Source: an uncultured Nitrosopumilaceae archaeon (GTDB taxonomy: Archaea; Thermoproteota; Nitrososphaeria; Nitrososphaerales; Nitrosopumilaceae). Taken from it: 62,355 nucleotides of DNA. The position numbers were made by a program, and so were the translations under genes. The first letter of the stretch is position 1, and every line of letters begins with the position of its first letter. The notes beneath the pieces were generated by a model. It saw only the letters and a program-made list of their open reading frames with translations. It did no database searches and was not told the origin of the DNA. Location of the stretch: assembly GCA_963825095.1 (NCBI GenBank), contig CAWGRV010000008.1, forward strand, positions 1 to 62,355, given 5' to 3'. Of the stretch, positions 52,440-62,355 are shown in pieces.

Positions 52440-54149
52440 TTGTTAATTTTTTTATCCCCAATGCGCAGGTTATCTATTCTAGAAAACCTAGCAATTATTT
52501 CTATCGTAATCGTTTCCATCGTTGCCAAAAAACCAAACATTATTTTTATCATAACCGATGATCAAGATTACATGCTCGCCGGATGGAATGATCAGAGTTA
52601 TAAATTGATAGGAGATCAAGGTATGGAATTTTATGGCTACTATACTCATTCACCCATTTGTTGTATATCGAGAAGTGCCATCTTAACAGGAAGATATATG
52701 CACAATATTCGAGAATCTTCTTTTCCGGGAATTTGTGACGACAATGCCACAGATTGTGGCTGCATGTACATAAATACCGACGCGGCTTTTGAACAACATA
52801 GTGTGGCCATGAATATGCAAGAATTAGGCTACACAACCGGTTACTTCGGAAAATACCTTAATACCCAAGCATTGGTACCATATTGTTTTAGTGGTTCAAG
52901 TAATAGGATTGCGCCGGGATGGGATCAATTTAATATACAATGCTATCAAACTTATTTCAACGACACGTGGAGTATAAATGGAAACGTGTCAATGTTCCCA
53001 GATTACACTATTTCAAAAATAGGAAATGATAGTATAGCTTGGTTAGCATCAATACTATCCCAATCTGATCATAAGCCCATTTTCACAATGTTGGGTCCGC
53101 GTGCGCCGCATCCACCCTACACTCCAGCTCCATGGTATGCTAATGCAAATATATCGGCTCAAAATCCAACTTTCCCATCTTTTGATTACGCAGCAACGGA
53201 TCATCCACCTTTCATAGCGAATATTCCGGCCTTGACTTCAAAATGGACAGAAGAATTGGCTTTTGATTTCGTACAAAGAGCAAGAACCATGTTATCGGTT
53301 CATGATCTGACATTAGCAATTTTAAATATTCTGGAACATTATCAGGAAATAAATAATACGTATCTTTTTTTCGGTTCGGACAACGGTTTCCACTTAGGCG
53401 AATTTAGATTATCGGATGACAAAACACACCCGTATGAATTCGATGTGCGAGTACCCTTTAGTATTCGAGGTCCCAATATTCAATCTGGAACCAAAGTATT
53501 TGTGCCGATTTCGGGAGTTGATTTAGCTCCAACATGGATTGAATTAGCAGGAGGCCAACAAAAACCAGCGTACATGGATGGGAGATCTTTTGCTTCATTA
53601 TTAACTAACAGTTCAAGTAATTTCAAGCAGAATGTCGTTTTGATAGAATATTATTCTACAAATAATGGGAGTACCGATCCGTGGAAAAATGGTAATGATG
53701 ATACAAATAACACTCATAGATCTATCAGGATAATAGATCCAGTTATAGGGAATCTATCCTATATAGAATACGCCCAGGTTTTTGATTGGTATTTTAGCAA
53801 TATTATATTTTATGAGTTATACGATCTGATTAAAGATCCCTATCAGCTAGATAATATTTATTCTAAACAGTCTTCGGACATGAAAGATTGGTTGCATATA
53901 TCACTTTTAAATTTATGGACTTGCGGTCCTGCATATGTCTGGAATGAGACTTCGATGTGTCCAGAATTATCTTATCTCAAGCCACCAACATTTACAATAA
54001 ATAAAGCATCAAACTTTTCTTACTTTAATATGATTCTATGTTTCGACTTATTTCTATTGCTGTTAACTGTCATTATAATCTTTAATTTCATGAGAATATA
54101 CAACATGATTTGGATCTCGAAGCAAGAAATTTATCGACAAAAATTATAG
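52440..54149 (+). CDS. sulfatase (N-acetylglucosamine-6-sulfatase-like) with signal peptide and C-terminal TM anchor
   Basis: 569 aa. IIFIITDDQDY, SPICCISRSAILTGRYMHN (sulfatase signature region, with Ile in place of the canonical Pro), GPRAPHPPYTPAPWY. C-terminal hydrophobic segment FNMILCFDLFLLLLTVIIIFNFM. Intact paralog of the frameshifted 33220..34706. Confidence 0.8.
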   Translation: MLIFLSPMRRLSILENLAIISIVIVSIVAKKPNIIFIITDDQDYMLAGWNDQSYKLIGDQGMEFYGYYTHSPICCISRSAILTGRYMHNIRESSFPGICDDNATDCGCMYINTDAAFEQHSVAMNMQELGYTTGYFGKYLNTQALVPYCFSGSSNRIAPGWDQFNIQCYQTYFNDTWSINGNVSMFPDYTISKIGNDSIAWLASILSQSDHKPIFTMLGPRAPHPPYTPAPWYANANISAQNPTFPSFDYAATDHPPFIANIPALTSKWTEELAFDFVQRARTMLSVHDLTLAILNILEHYQEINNTYLFFGSDNGFHLGEFRLSDDKTHPYEFDVRVPFSIRGPNIQSGTKVFVPISGVDLAPTWIELAGGQQKPAYMDGRSFASLLTNSSSNFKQNVVLIEYYSTNNGSTDPWKNGNDDTNNTHRSIRIIDPVIGNLSYIEYAQVFDWYFSNIIFYELYDLIKDPYQLDNIYSKQSSDMKDWLHISLLNLWTCGPAYVWNETSMCPELSYLKPPTFTINKASNFSYFNMILCFDLFLLLLTVIIIFNFMRIYNMIWISKQEIYRQKL

Positions 54150-54689
54150 TCGTTCAAATTCAGAATGTCTATTTTCCAAAATTTTTTTATCGCGCAATTC
54201 CAAGAAAATAAATATTAATAACGGTATCAATAACAATGCTCCGGTTAACGAAAGTAACACTATTATAACTATCGTCAGTGGGGATACACTGGAGGGCACC
54301 AATGTCAAACTAGAAAGAATTGCTTTTGGATCATAGTAGCATTTGACAATATATTGTAATATTGTATCATTCAGAGAACAAATTTGCGGATTATCACTAT
54401 AAGTGTAACTGAAATTCTGAAAGTAATCTGTTGAATTCAGTTCAAATTCAAGAAGAACTGTTAATTTATAGCAAGTATAGTCCGCACAATAATGTACGGG
54501 TGCGAGAAATCTCTGAGAATTGCAATTACATTCTTTTTCAATCAAAGAACAATTTAAGACCGTACAATTCGAGGGCAATAAATGTGATATTTCATCAAAA
54601 TACCAGAATTTTAAAACAAGACCCAAAAGGACCGTCACGACAGCTAAAACTATCACGTTAAAAAGTAAAGCTTTGAAATTTGACTTCAT
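54144..54689 (-). CDS. hypothetical membrane glycoprotein-like protein (N- and C-terminal TM segments, Cys-rich ectodomain)
   Basis: 181 aa; hydrophobic N- and C-termini; NCTVLNCSLIEKECNCNSQRF... between them. Confidence 0.4.
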   Translation of the reverse strand: MKSNFKALLFNVIVLAVVTVLLGLVLKFWYFDEISHLLPSNCTVLNCSLIEKECNCNSQRFLAPVHYCADYTCYKLTVLLEFELNSTDYFQNFSYTYSDNPQICSLNDTILQYIVKCYYDPKAILSSLTLVPSSVSPLTIVIIVLLSLTGALLLIPLLIFIFLELRDKKILENRHSEFERL

Positions 54690-54776
54690 TTTTCAAATCA
54701 ACTTTCACTAAAGAATACTATTTTTCGATTGGAAATCAATTTTTTTTAAAAATATTTATATTAGTATAAAATATAT

Positions 54777-55028
54777 ATGGATAAGAATACAGTTTTTATT
54801 GTAGCAATAGTGGTTATAGTTTTGATTATTTTGTTTTTCATTTTCACAGGCTCGATAAATGAAGGTATGGTGGCGTTACCGCAAATGAGAGGACCGAAAT
54901 GTCCAGATAGACAATGTTTTAGTCCAAATCAAAACAGGTGTGTGCTTATCGGTTCCCGATGCCCCTTACAACATAGAGGGGAATTCGGTCACATTGGGGC
55001 AGGTTGTAAGTGTCAACCTGGATTTTAA
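54777..55028 (+). CDS. small Cys-rich membrane-anchored protein
   Basis: 83 aa. N-terminal TM segment, then CPDRQCFSPNQNRCVLIGSRCPLQHRGEFGHIGAGCKCQPGF. Confidence 0.35.
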   Translation: MDKNTVFIVAIVVIVLIILFFIFTGSINEGMVALPQMRGPKCPDRQCFSPNQNRCVLIGSRCPLQHRGEFGHIGAGCKCQPGF

Positions 55029-55058
55029 TAATACATTTCAATCAAACTAAAAATTGAG

Positions 55059-55286
55059 ATGGAATTAGTCTGTCCGATCACACATGAGGAAATAAAGGAA
55101 ATAGGTATCACTTGTTTCGGATCGATTTATGAATATGACGCTATAAAATCATGGTTTCAGAATCACAGTATCGATCCATCAACAAATCTGCATGTGCCGA
55201 CAAAAGTTATTATAAAAGTACCAGAACACCTCAAATATAGGGTCAGTGAAATTGCAGCTGAGTACAAACGATCAACAAAATTATGA
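55059..55286 (+). CDS. small U-box domain protein
   Basis: MELVCPITHEEIKEIGITCFGSIYEYDAIKSWFQNHSIDPSTNLHV fits the U-box pattern (CPIT.E.M...G.....I..W......P.T...L). Confidence 0.5.
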   Translation: MELVCPITHEEIKEIGITCFGSIYEYDAIKSWFQNHSIDPSTNLHVPTKVIIKVPEHLKYRVSEIAAEYKRSTKL

Positions 55287-55397
55287 TGTTCTGGTCTCTT
55301 CTTATTTGAAGAAGCCCCGAGCGAATACGAAAAATTATGCAAGATAAAGAAAAATGTCGACAATATCGATAAAATTTATTGGCGAAAGTACAATGAT

Positions 55398-55853
55398 ATG
55401 AAGAGAAATTATTTTCAAAATAATGATAATCTTGCTTTATATTTTGCCTGTGGGGGCACCAATCCAAACGAAAATGATAAGATAAAAAGACCGGATAACA
55501 CCGGAATTTTATCTCAATTTATCAACCTTTCAGATATTTCTCTAACAAATAAAAATTTCAAATGTGAGAAATTCGATTTCGCAAATTTAGAAAATTGTAA
55601 ATTTACGAAATGCCATTTTGATAGAGCTACTTTTTATGGAACTAATTTGACAAATACAACCTTTATAGCATGCAGATTTGACGGTGAGGAAGTCTGTTTC
55701 TATAAAGCTTTCGGAGAAAAAACTAAGTTCATCAATTGTATATTTGAATATCCCGATAAATGGGTGGCCACCGCTGATCGAGTTGAAGCGACTAAAATTT
55801 TAAAATCAAGAGTGTTAGAAAATAGTCCCCATGTAGTAGCTCTTTCCGGATGA
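55398..55853 (+). CDS. pentapeptide-repeat-like protein
   Basis: FDFANLENCKFTKCHFDRATFYGTNLTNTTFIACRFDG shows A(D/N)LxX-type quasi-repeats. Confidence 0.45.
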   Translation: MKRNYFQNNDNLALYFACGGTNPNENDKIKRPDNTGILSQFINLSDISLTNKNFKCEKFDFANLENCKFTKCHFDRATFYGTNLTNTTFIACRFDGEEVCFYKAFGEKTKFINCIFEYPDKWVATADRVEATKILKSRVLENSPHVVALSG

Positions 55854-55857
55854 TGAT

Positions 55858-56547
55858 TCAGAAAGTATCATATATGGGAACCGCAGGTGAAGAATTATTC
55901 TCTCGTTGGGCTTTTTTAGCTGCGTGTCTCTTCATAATCAATTTAATTTGCTCTCCAAATTCAGTTTCGAACAATTTATCTTGTAATTCTTTAAATTTTT
56001 CTTCTTGATCATTTTCATTTTCCATTGCCGCAATTACTAACAAATCATTAATTAGTTTTTTCTTTTCTTTATAATCAGTTATTAATTCATCGAATTGCCT
56101 TTCTAACAGTTCGTGTTTGTGAGCCAATTTATCAAATTTATTTTCTACATCTTTCGTTAGTTTCTCAAATTTTTGGTTCATTCTTGCTTCGAAGGATATT
56201 TTCTCATCTGAAAGTACAATTATTATCGGTTCAGTTTTGATATAGGCGGATTTCATCCGAATTTCAATGATCAAATCTTGATAGGGGTCATAAGTTTTCG
56301 GGAAATTAATTGTTATATTGTCTTTGTCCGATAATTTCTGATTTGCTAGGTCGCTAAACATTTCATAGATGTTAATGGGGCTAAATTTGACATTTGTTGA
56401 TTTCATATTGGTCGGTGCCTTTTCCGTAATTTTATTACTCCAAACTAAAAATTCCGATTTATGAGTTGCTCTGATAGTGAGAGTATCTTCCAAAAGAGAT
56501 ACTGCATATTTAAAGGGCTCAATTTCGAATTCTAGTGTTCGATGCAT
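55858..56547 (-). CDS. hypothetical protein with coiled-coil C-terminus
   Basis: 229-aa intact ORF. Confidence 0.45.
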   Translation of the reverse strand: MHRTLEFEIEPFKYAVSLLEDTLTIRATHKSEFLVWSNKITEKAPTNMKSTNVKFSPINIYEMFSDLANQKLSDKDNITINFPKTYDPYQDLIIEIRMKSAYIKTEPIIIVLSDEKISFEARMNQKFEKLTKDVENKFDKLAHKHELLERQFDELITDYKEKKKLINDLLVIAAMENENDQEEKFKELQDKLFETEFGEQIKLIMKRHAAKKAQRENNSSPAVPIYDTF

Positions 56548-56619
56548 TTTTAGAAATCAGCTATTGTGAATGAACAATTGTGAATGAAATTATTTTAGAC
56601 AAAAGGAATTTCAATATTT

Positions 56620-56780
56620 CAGTGAGCTTCAGCTCACCTCGCGTATGCTCGACTCACGATGTTCGTTTGCTCAGGAAGCCAGTGAATGTTGTTCACTGAG
56701 CGATAGCGAAACGCACGAAGTGTGTGCCGAGTAAACGAATGTAATGAGTCGAGCGGAGCGAGATAATGCGCAGCATTATT
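56620..56780. repeat. GC-rich palindromic repeat element
   Basis: cagtgagcttcagctcacctcgc; cagtgaatgttgttcactgagcg; gtaaacgaatgtaatgagtcgagcggagcgagataatgcgcagcattatt. The same modules occur at 18954-19190, 19757-19982 and 48021-48146. Confidence 0.65.
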
Positions 56781-56782
56781 GA

Positions 56783-56790
56783 AAAATTGA
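56783..56790 (+). promoter_or_regulatory. AAAATTGA octamer upstream of 56844
   Basis: Exact octamer 54 bp upstream of the ATG at 56844, directly after the GC-rich repeat. Confidence 0.4.
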
Positions 56791-56843
56791 AGAATTTAAT
56801 CATTGTTTTTATTGTTCAAATTTAGAACAAATTGGACTATTAA

Positions 56844-58665
56844 ATGGGGCCCTTTGTAGTTTTCTTTTTAATATTCACCACGGTAGCGACATCCTCTCAA
56901 TGGATCAAGATAGAAAATTACAATATTAAAAAAACAAATGATGGTTCGAAATGTTCTATTATTGTTCGTGAATCAGAATTGATTGGAAGAAACAACATTT
57001 GCTCGTCGAAAATTACTTTTCACATCGCCCTTAAGCAAAATGAAATTGGTGTTCGACAATTGGAAAATTATATTTTGAATTCTGCGAGCAACATTGACTC
57101 GGAATATTATGGTCAATATTTATCAATTAGCGCCATCAGTGATTTAGTATCGCCCCCAAAGAGAGAAGCTGATTTGGTACTTCAGTGGCTTAATAAGAAT
57201 AACATTTTCGATTGCCAGAATTTCGGTGATTCCATAAAATGTTCAGGGAGAAATCAAAGATGTGGAACTTTTATTCGAAAATCAGGTTAATTTATACCTG
57301 AATGTTAATAAAAAAATATTAATCTATAAATCTGATCAAAATTACGTATTCCCGAAGCATTTGGAAAACATTATAGAATTCGTTGATGGCATTTCGAATC
57401 CTTTAATAGATTTTCCCGTCAAAAATTAAATGTCAAATCCACTTCTGAACCTGACCCCGGCGCCTTCACGAGAGAAGTCATGCAAAGGCTTTATAATATG
57501 ACAGATACTTATGTCTATGTGAACTCGAGTGTTGGAGCGATGGAATTTATGGGCCCCGAAGGATTTTCCAACAGAGATTTATCAAAAAGTCAACAGGCAA
57601 ATGGAATAACCATAAACAAAATTCGGAATATTATAGGTTACAATAATCCATTTCCTGATACTGAAAGTGAATTAGATGTGCAAGTGATGTGTTGGGCGGC
57701 GACGAATGCGAGTTTGTGGTACGATCATGAAAATGGTTGGATATATGCTTGGGCCATTAGTACGTTTAACAGAGAAACAATTCCGGAGGTACTTTCTTAG
57801 TTGGGGCTGGGATGAAACGCAACAGTGTAGCCTTTTTAATTGTTCAGGAAATATTAATAATACAATGTCATATGTAAAAAGATGCGATGTCGAATTATTA
57901 AAAATCACCGCACGGGGAAGTACAATTTTAGTTGCTTCAGGAGATGCTGGTTCTCCGGATAGAACTAATGAAATGTGTTAAATAAGAAAAAGGTCCATAT
58001 GGGTGGACTGCCATGAATCCTATATTTCCGGGAGATTCCCGTATGTCCTGAGCGTCGGAGCAACTTATATAGTTGAAGGAAGAAGCATCATCGTTCAATT
58101 ACTCGACGCCAATTTGTACTCATGTTTTTGGTTGTGCGAACGGAACCCAGGAAAATGGCGTTGAATATGACGTTGTAAACTGGACGACAGGTGGAGGTTT
58201 CGCGCATTGGAATGAAAGGCCAACATGGCAAGAGAAACAAGTTAATATTTATTTAGAATCAGGAATAGCATTACCGAATTGCACGTATTTCAATGCGTCC
58301 AATAGAGCATATCCTGATGTTTCAGCAGTTGGACACAATTGCGCGATTTATGAATTAGGTTGGGAATTTGTCGATGGTACATCGTGTTCAACTCCCGTTT
58401 TTGCAGGTATTATCACTAATTTGAATAGTTTCCAGAAACAAAGAGGAAAACCGATATTGGGGTTTGCCAATCCTTTATTGTATAAATGTATCTAGAAAGT
58501 CCCAATACATTTAATGATGTGACGCTAGGAACTACAGCCTGCACAGAATTCAAATGTTGTGGACAAGATTTTGGTTTTTTGGCGAATCAAGCATGGGATC
58601 CGGTTGGCGGTTTAGGCACACCGAATGTAGAGAATATGAAGAATTATTTGGTCCAAAATACCTAA
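56844..58665 (+). pseudogene. sedolisin / tripeptidyl-peptidase (S53) family gene broken into 5 or more pieces
   Basis: The pro-domain piece is 56844..57290: signal peptide, ...YYGQYLSISAISDLVSPPKREADLVLQWLNKNNIF. The catalytic pieces are: 57480..57800 (ESELDVQ); 57706..57981 (SWGWDETQQC...VASGDAGS); 58073..58495 (GGGFAHWNERPTWQ...PDVSAVG...DGTSCSTPVFAGI); and 58510..58665 (FNDVTLG...GFLANQAWDPVGGLGTPN). The pieces lie in frames 0, 0, 1, 2 and 1, with an in-frame stop between the first two. Confidence 0.65.
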
Positions 58666-58805
58666 ATTGAGACTTCGAATATTGCATATTCTGCATCCTA
58701 ATTCTTTATTTATTCACTCGGTTCATAAATAAAAAATTGAGACTTCGAATATTGCATATTCTGCATCCTAATTCTTTATTTATTCACTCGGTTCATAAAT
58801 AAAAA
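58666..58805. repeat. 70-bp tandem duplication (2 units)
   Basis: attgagacttcgaatattgcatattctgcatcctaattctttatttattcactcggttcataaataaaaa at 58666-58735 and again at 58736-58805, immediately after the sedolisin pseudogene stop. Confidence 0.8.
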
Positions 58806-58915
58806 AGAAATCAAAGAAAAAATCAGTCCAATTTGGATTCATCGAGAAACTCTTTCCACAGAATGAAAATATCCGGACTATTTAAAAAAATTGAAAATTT
58901 CTTTTAATGCCTTAG

Positions 58916-60417
58916 TTGATTAAGATAAAACGAACTAGTAATTTATTCACCATGTTGAGAAGCTCAACTCGAACATTTAGGAACAATTCTTATCAGAAAT
59001 CTTATACCTGTGTTAGTTTGAATAAAATCTCACGCCGGAATATGGTCGATTTTAGTTATGTACAAAATTTGGCAACTAATTATTATGCATCTTTGACTGT
59101 AGCCGCTGGTCTAGGATTATGTGCATTTGCAGCAACCCGCTATAAGGTGGCAGGCGCCGATAGTTACCTCGTGCGAACTGGTCTTGGTATTAAGGATATC
59201 AAAATCACTAAAAACAAGGTTTTCTTTGGCCTTTCCAAAAGTATAAGTTTATAAATATGCATCCAAAACCCTATTCATTCACTCTCCAATCAATGTCTTT
59301 AGAAAAAATCCAATTCAAATTGCCTGCTATATTTATCATAGGTCCAAAAAACGATATGGAAGCATTGACGAAATATGTTCGAACAGTAGAGGCATTAGAG
59401 AGTGACAAAACAATTGATTCGATTATCTTAGGAATTTTAGAGGGCGAAACGAGATTGCATTCTTCAACGATGAGTATCGAAGAGATTTTTAACAATAGAC
59501 AAGCCTTCAAAGATAAGCTTTTAAAAAATATCCAACAGGAGCTGGACGAAATAGGATTATTAGCATTTTCACCAAATCTCAAGGATTTAGATGATGATCC
59601 GCATAGTGATTCAAAGTATTTCTATAATATGAGACAAAAGACTCTGTCTTATGCGGAAAATCAAGCTAGAATAGATATTGCCGAAAATAAAAAGAAAGGA
59701 GAAATTGGAGAGAAAGAAAGAACATCCTTAATCCGGCAACAAGTGGCCCAATATGAATCAGAAACGGTTCAAAAGGAAAATGAGCGATTCCAAGAAATAG
59801 AAAAATCCAAAGCAGCCCTCGAAGTAGTTCGAGCAGAAGCATACAGGTTACAAGAAATAGCGAAAATAGAGTCAGCAAATGCAACCCACAAAAGAGCTGC
59901 AGAATTAGAACAGGAGGTCGAACAAAAGAGAATCGCCACACAGACTGAAAGAACGAGGGTATCGGAAATGTCAAAAGCACAAGTTCAAGCAGAAGTAATA
60001 ATGAAAGAAACCGAAGGACAGGCAAATGCCCTCAGAATGAAGTCGGACGCAGAATTATATGCAGCCCAGCAACACGCCAAAGGTATTTATGCCCTTTATG
60101 AAGCCCAAGCGAATGGAGTTAATAAACTGATTGAATCTTTCGGAAGTAATTCAGAAACATTACTTAAATATTTAATGATGGAAAAAGGAATACTTGAAAA
60201 ATTACTCGCGACAAGCGCAGATGCTATCCGAGGTCTCAATCCAAAGATCACAATTTGGAATACTTCTTCCGATTCTAAAAATAATACAAATTATACGGAC
60301 GTCATAAGAGATATTTTCAAAACTATTCCAATTTCCACTCAAATAATTCAAGATCAAACCGGAATCAAAATTGCCGATAATATAATCAAAGTGCCTAGTG
60401 AAGAATCCAGAAATTGA
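58916..60417 (+). pseudogene. flotillin-like SPFH/band-7 protein with one frameshift near 59225-59255
   Basis: ORF 59257..60417 aligns by eye with flotillin. ...ALTKYVRTVEALESDKTIDSIILGILEGETRLHSSTMSIEEIFNNRQAF matches [34 protein letters not shown]. It also has Glu/Ala/Gln-rich flotillin repeats and a C-terminal ...KITIWNTSSD... segment. The N-terminal hydrophobic hairpin part (ORF 58916..59254, ...TNYYASLTVAAGLGLCAFAATRYKVAGADSYLVRTG...) is in another frame. Confidence 0.65.
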
Positions 60418-60624
60418 ACTAGTACGTGCCTATGAGATATGTTATTTACTCACACGGATGCCAAATTTAAAAATTTGTTTTATTTGTTGTAAAGACTTTC
60501 TATTAAAATTGCACATACTATCATATCTCAAGAAAAAATATATTCAGAAAATTGAAATATTAAAATTCGGAATAGGCCATCATAATAGGAACCATTATAA
60601 ATACTTTTACAAGCTTTTCGTTCA

Positions 60625-60957
60625 ATGAGTAAATTGAAGTATGGCTCCTGCACAAATATCATCAAGACTAATTTAATCGTTAGAAATCTCAACGATCCTT
60701 CAATTATCTATGGACGAAACCTAAACAATCACAAACAAGCGTTTGATCTCATGAGCAGTTTCTTAAAAAAAGACACAGAGTATGCAGATATAAATTTCGA
60801 GATCTTTAACGAAGACACCAAGAAAACAGAATGGTTCGGAGATTCGTGGAAACTAGGATATGAATTCAAAAAATTGGGTGATATTGATAAACAAACACAA
60901 ATGTCTGAAGTTAATGGAAAAAGAATCATCCCCGAAACAATTTATGCTCTTCTGTAG
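60625..60957 (+). CDS. hypothetical protein
   Basis: 110-aa ORF; AAAATTGA at 60548-60555, 70 bp upstream. Confidence 0.4.
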   Translation: MSKLKYGSCTNIIKTNLIVRNLNDPSIIYGRNLNNHKQAFDLMSSFLKKDTEYADINFEIFNEDTKKTEWFGDSWKLGYEFKKLGDIDKQTQMSEVNGKRIIPETIYALL

Positions 60958-61095
60958 GTATTTAGATTGTTTCAATTATTAGGCACTATTATGACTTTTT
61001 TATTTTTTTTATAACTAGAGCAATCGAAAATTTCGAAAAAATATCATAATTAACAAAGAGCTATATTCAAAAAAAGCAGTTAATGAGAGAGGCAA

Positions 61096-62248
61096 ATGAC
61101 TGATAATTTGAATAGTCTAATAGACAACTATTTCAATTCATATACCGATAAAAGCCGATGTTACTGTGCTTCAGAACAAGACATTAAATTTCAACCATCA
61201 CATATCGAATTATTTCGTCTTCATGATGATATCCCAAAGGTTCAATTCCTATTAGCATACTACAATCAGACAAAAAAGAATTTAGACGAGACAAAGAAAT
61301 ACATTGATCTCGCTATTCGCAGCGGTATTGGGTTAGCCCATAATATATCAGGGGATGTTTGGACGATTCTACCGCAGCTGAGCAATAGAATATTTCTCAC
61401 AAGCCATCGAGCATGGTTCCGTTAGAGCTTACTCTAATCTGGCGCGGCAATTTTTCGATCAGGGAAATAAAGAATTGGCTGTCAAATATTTTGAAGCCGG
61501 AATAAAACAAAATATAATATGTTGTAAATTTTTGTATCTTTATTCATTCGACAGGGATAAAGAAAATTACATTGAAGAAGTATCGTACTGTGCTAAAAAC
61601 GGTTGCCGAGGTGCATTAAATGTGGTTTATCGTCATGAGACTGATGAAAATAAGAAAAAAGAGTGGATAAAATTAGGAGCAAAAAAGGGTTTTGATACCT
61701 ACATTTTGAAACTAATTGATTATTATGAAAATCATAATCAATTTAAATTTTGGAGATTACTGAGAGAATCTAAAAATAACATTAATGCCGATGTTTTATT
61801 GCATGTCGGCAAAAAATATTTGCAGTGGAATTTGGCTTCCGAATGCATGGATACGCTTTATAGAGGCTTACAAGCCGACTATTATGAATGTTACGATTTT
61901 TTAAGGACAAATCTTGATACCGTTTATGAAAAACCGGAACAATTAGAAACAATGCTTAAATTTTTAGAAAAAAATAAAAAAGACATAATAGACGAATTGA
62001 ATCTAACTCTTGCCTATAATCTGGTTGGAAAATGGAACAACTCAAAAGAAATATTAGAAAAAATAAAAGACGAATATTATCAGAATCTTGGATATTTTAG
62101 ATACTATTATAATATGCGTAAATACGACAAATCGTTTGAACATCTAATAAAAGCCTATGAACTGAACAAAGAAAAATTCTCTGGCTATGCCGACTTAGGA
62201 GTAATGTATTTTAGGAATGGCCAGAATGAAAAAGCATTGAAAATATAG
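61096..62248 (+). pseudogene. Sel1-like repeat protein, apparently frameshifted near 61370 (3' end may extend beyond the annotated stop)
   Basis: ORF 61096..61425 (...KKYIDLAIRSGIGLAHNISGDVW...) and ORF 61475..62248 are in different frames. The latter's frame is open from 61375 (AIEYFSQAIEHGSVRAYSNLARQFFDQGNKELAVKYFEAG..., classic Sel1 spacing; it starts at TTG in the track). Both carry Sel1/TPR-like repeats. Confidence 0.45.
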
Positions 62249-62355
62249 ATGAGGGTATTATACTGAATCACCAGAATTGTTATACAGTTCTGGCGGACTA
62301 TTGCAGAGAAGGGCAGTATTACGAATCCGTTCAAGGTTTAATACAACCCCTGAAA

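Overview
The window is AT-rich (about 25-30% GC), intronless, densely coded DNA on both strands, and its gene content looks like a nucleocytoplasmic large DNA virus, most plausibly a Mimiviridae-like giant virus; this is inferred, not a database hit. The evidence is: collagen-like GPTG-repeat proteins fused to pectate-lyase-fold beta-helix domains; F-box/ankyrin, BTB, RING, RING-CH and U-box expansions; and the octamer AAAATTGA, the Mimivirus early-promoter element, 40-70 bp upstream of many starts. This stretch is a mosaic accessory region. Housekeeping-type enzymes include CDP-diacylglycerol synthase, a BBE-like FAD oxidase, a Ser/Thr kinase, a cytochrome P450 beside a Neverland-like Rieske oxygenase, two N-acetylglucosamine-6-sulfatase-like paralogs and a flotillin homolog. 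A cluster of four collagen-like fibre genes sits next to two FG-GAP beta-propeller paralogs. Mobile DNA is abundant. An IS4-family insertion sequence (transposase with the Y-2-R-3-E-6-K signature, 18-bp TIRs) is present in two ~99% identical copies. One copy has split a collagen/beta-helix gene, with a 9-bp target duplication, in a way that precise excision would restore in frame. A 565-bp MITE-like element has 19-bp perfect TIRs related to the IS TIRs and a 10-bp target duplication. A family of GC-rich, highly palindromic intergenic repeats occurs at six or more loci. A decayed mobile-element patch holds a Tc1/mariner DDE fragment, an HNH endonuclease and a TnpB/Fanzor-like C-terminal relic. 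At least eight genes carry frameshifts or in-frame stops (sulfatase, collagen, flotillin, Sel1-like, HNH, F-box/ANK, and the multiply broken sedolisin-like and helicase-like genes). These are either genuine pseudogenes or indel sequencing errors. No rRNA, tRNA or CRISPR array could be supported from the sequence.
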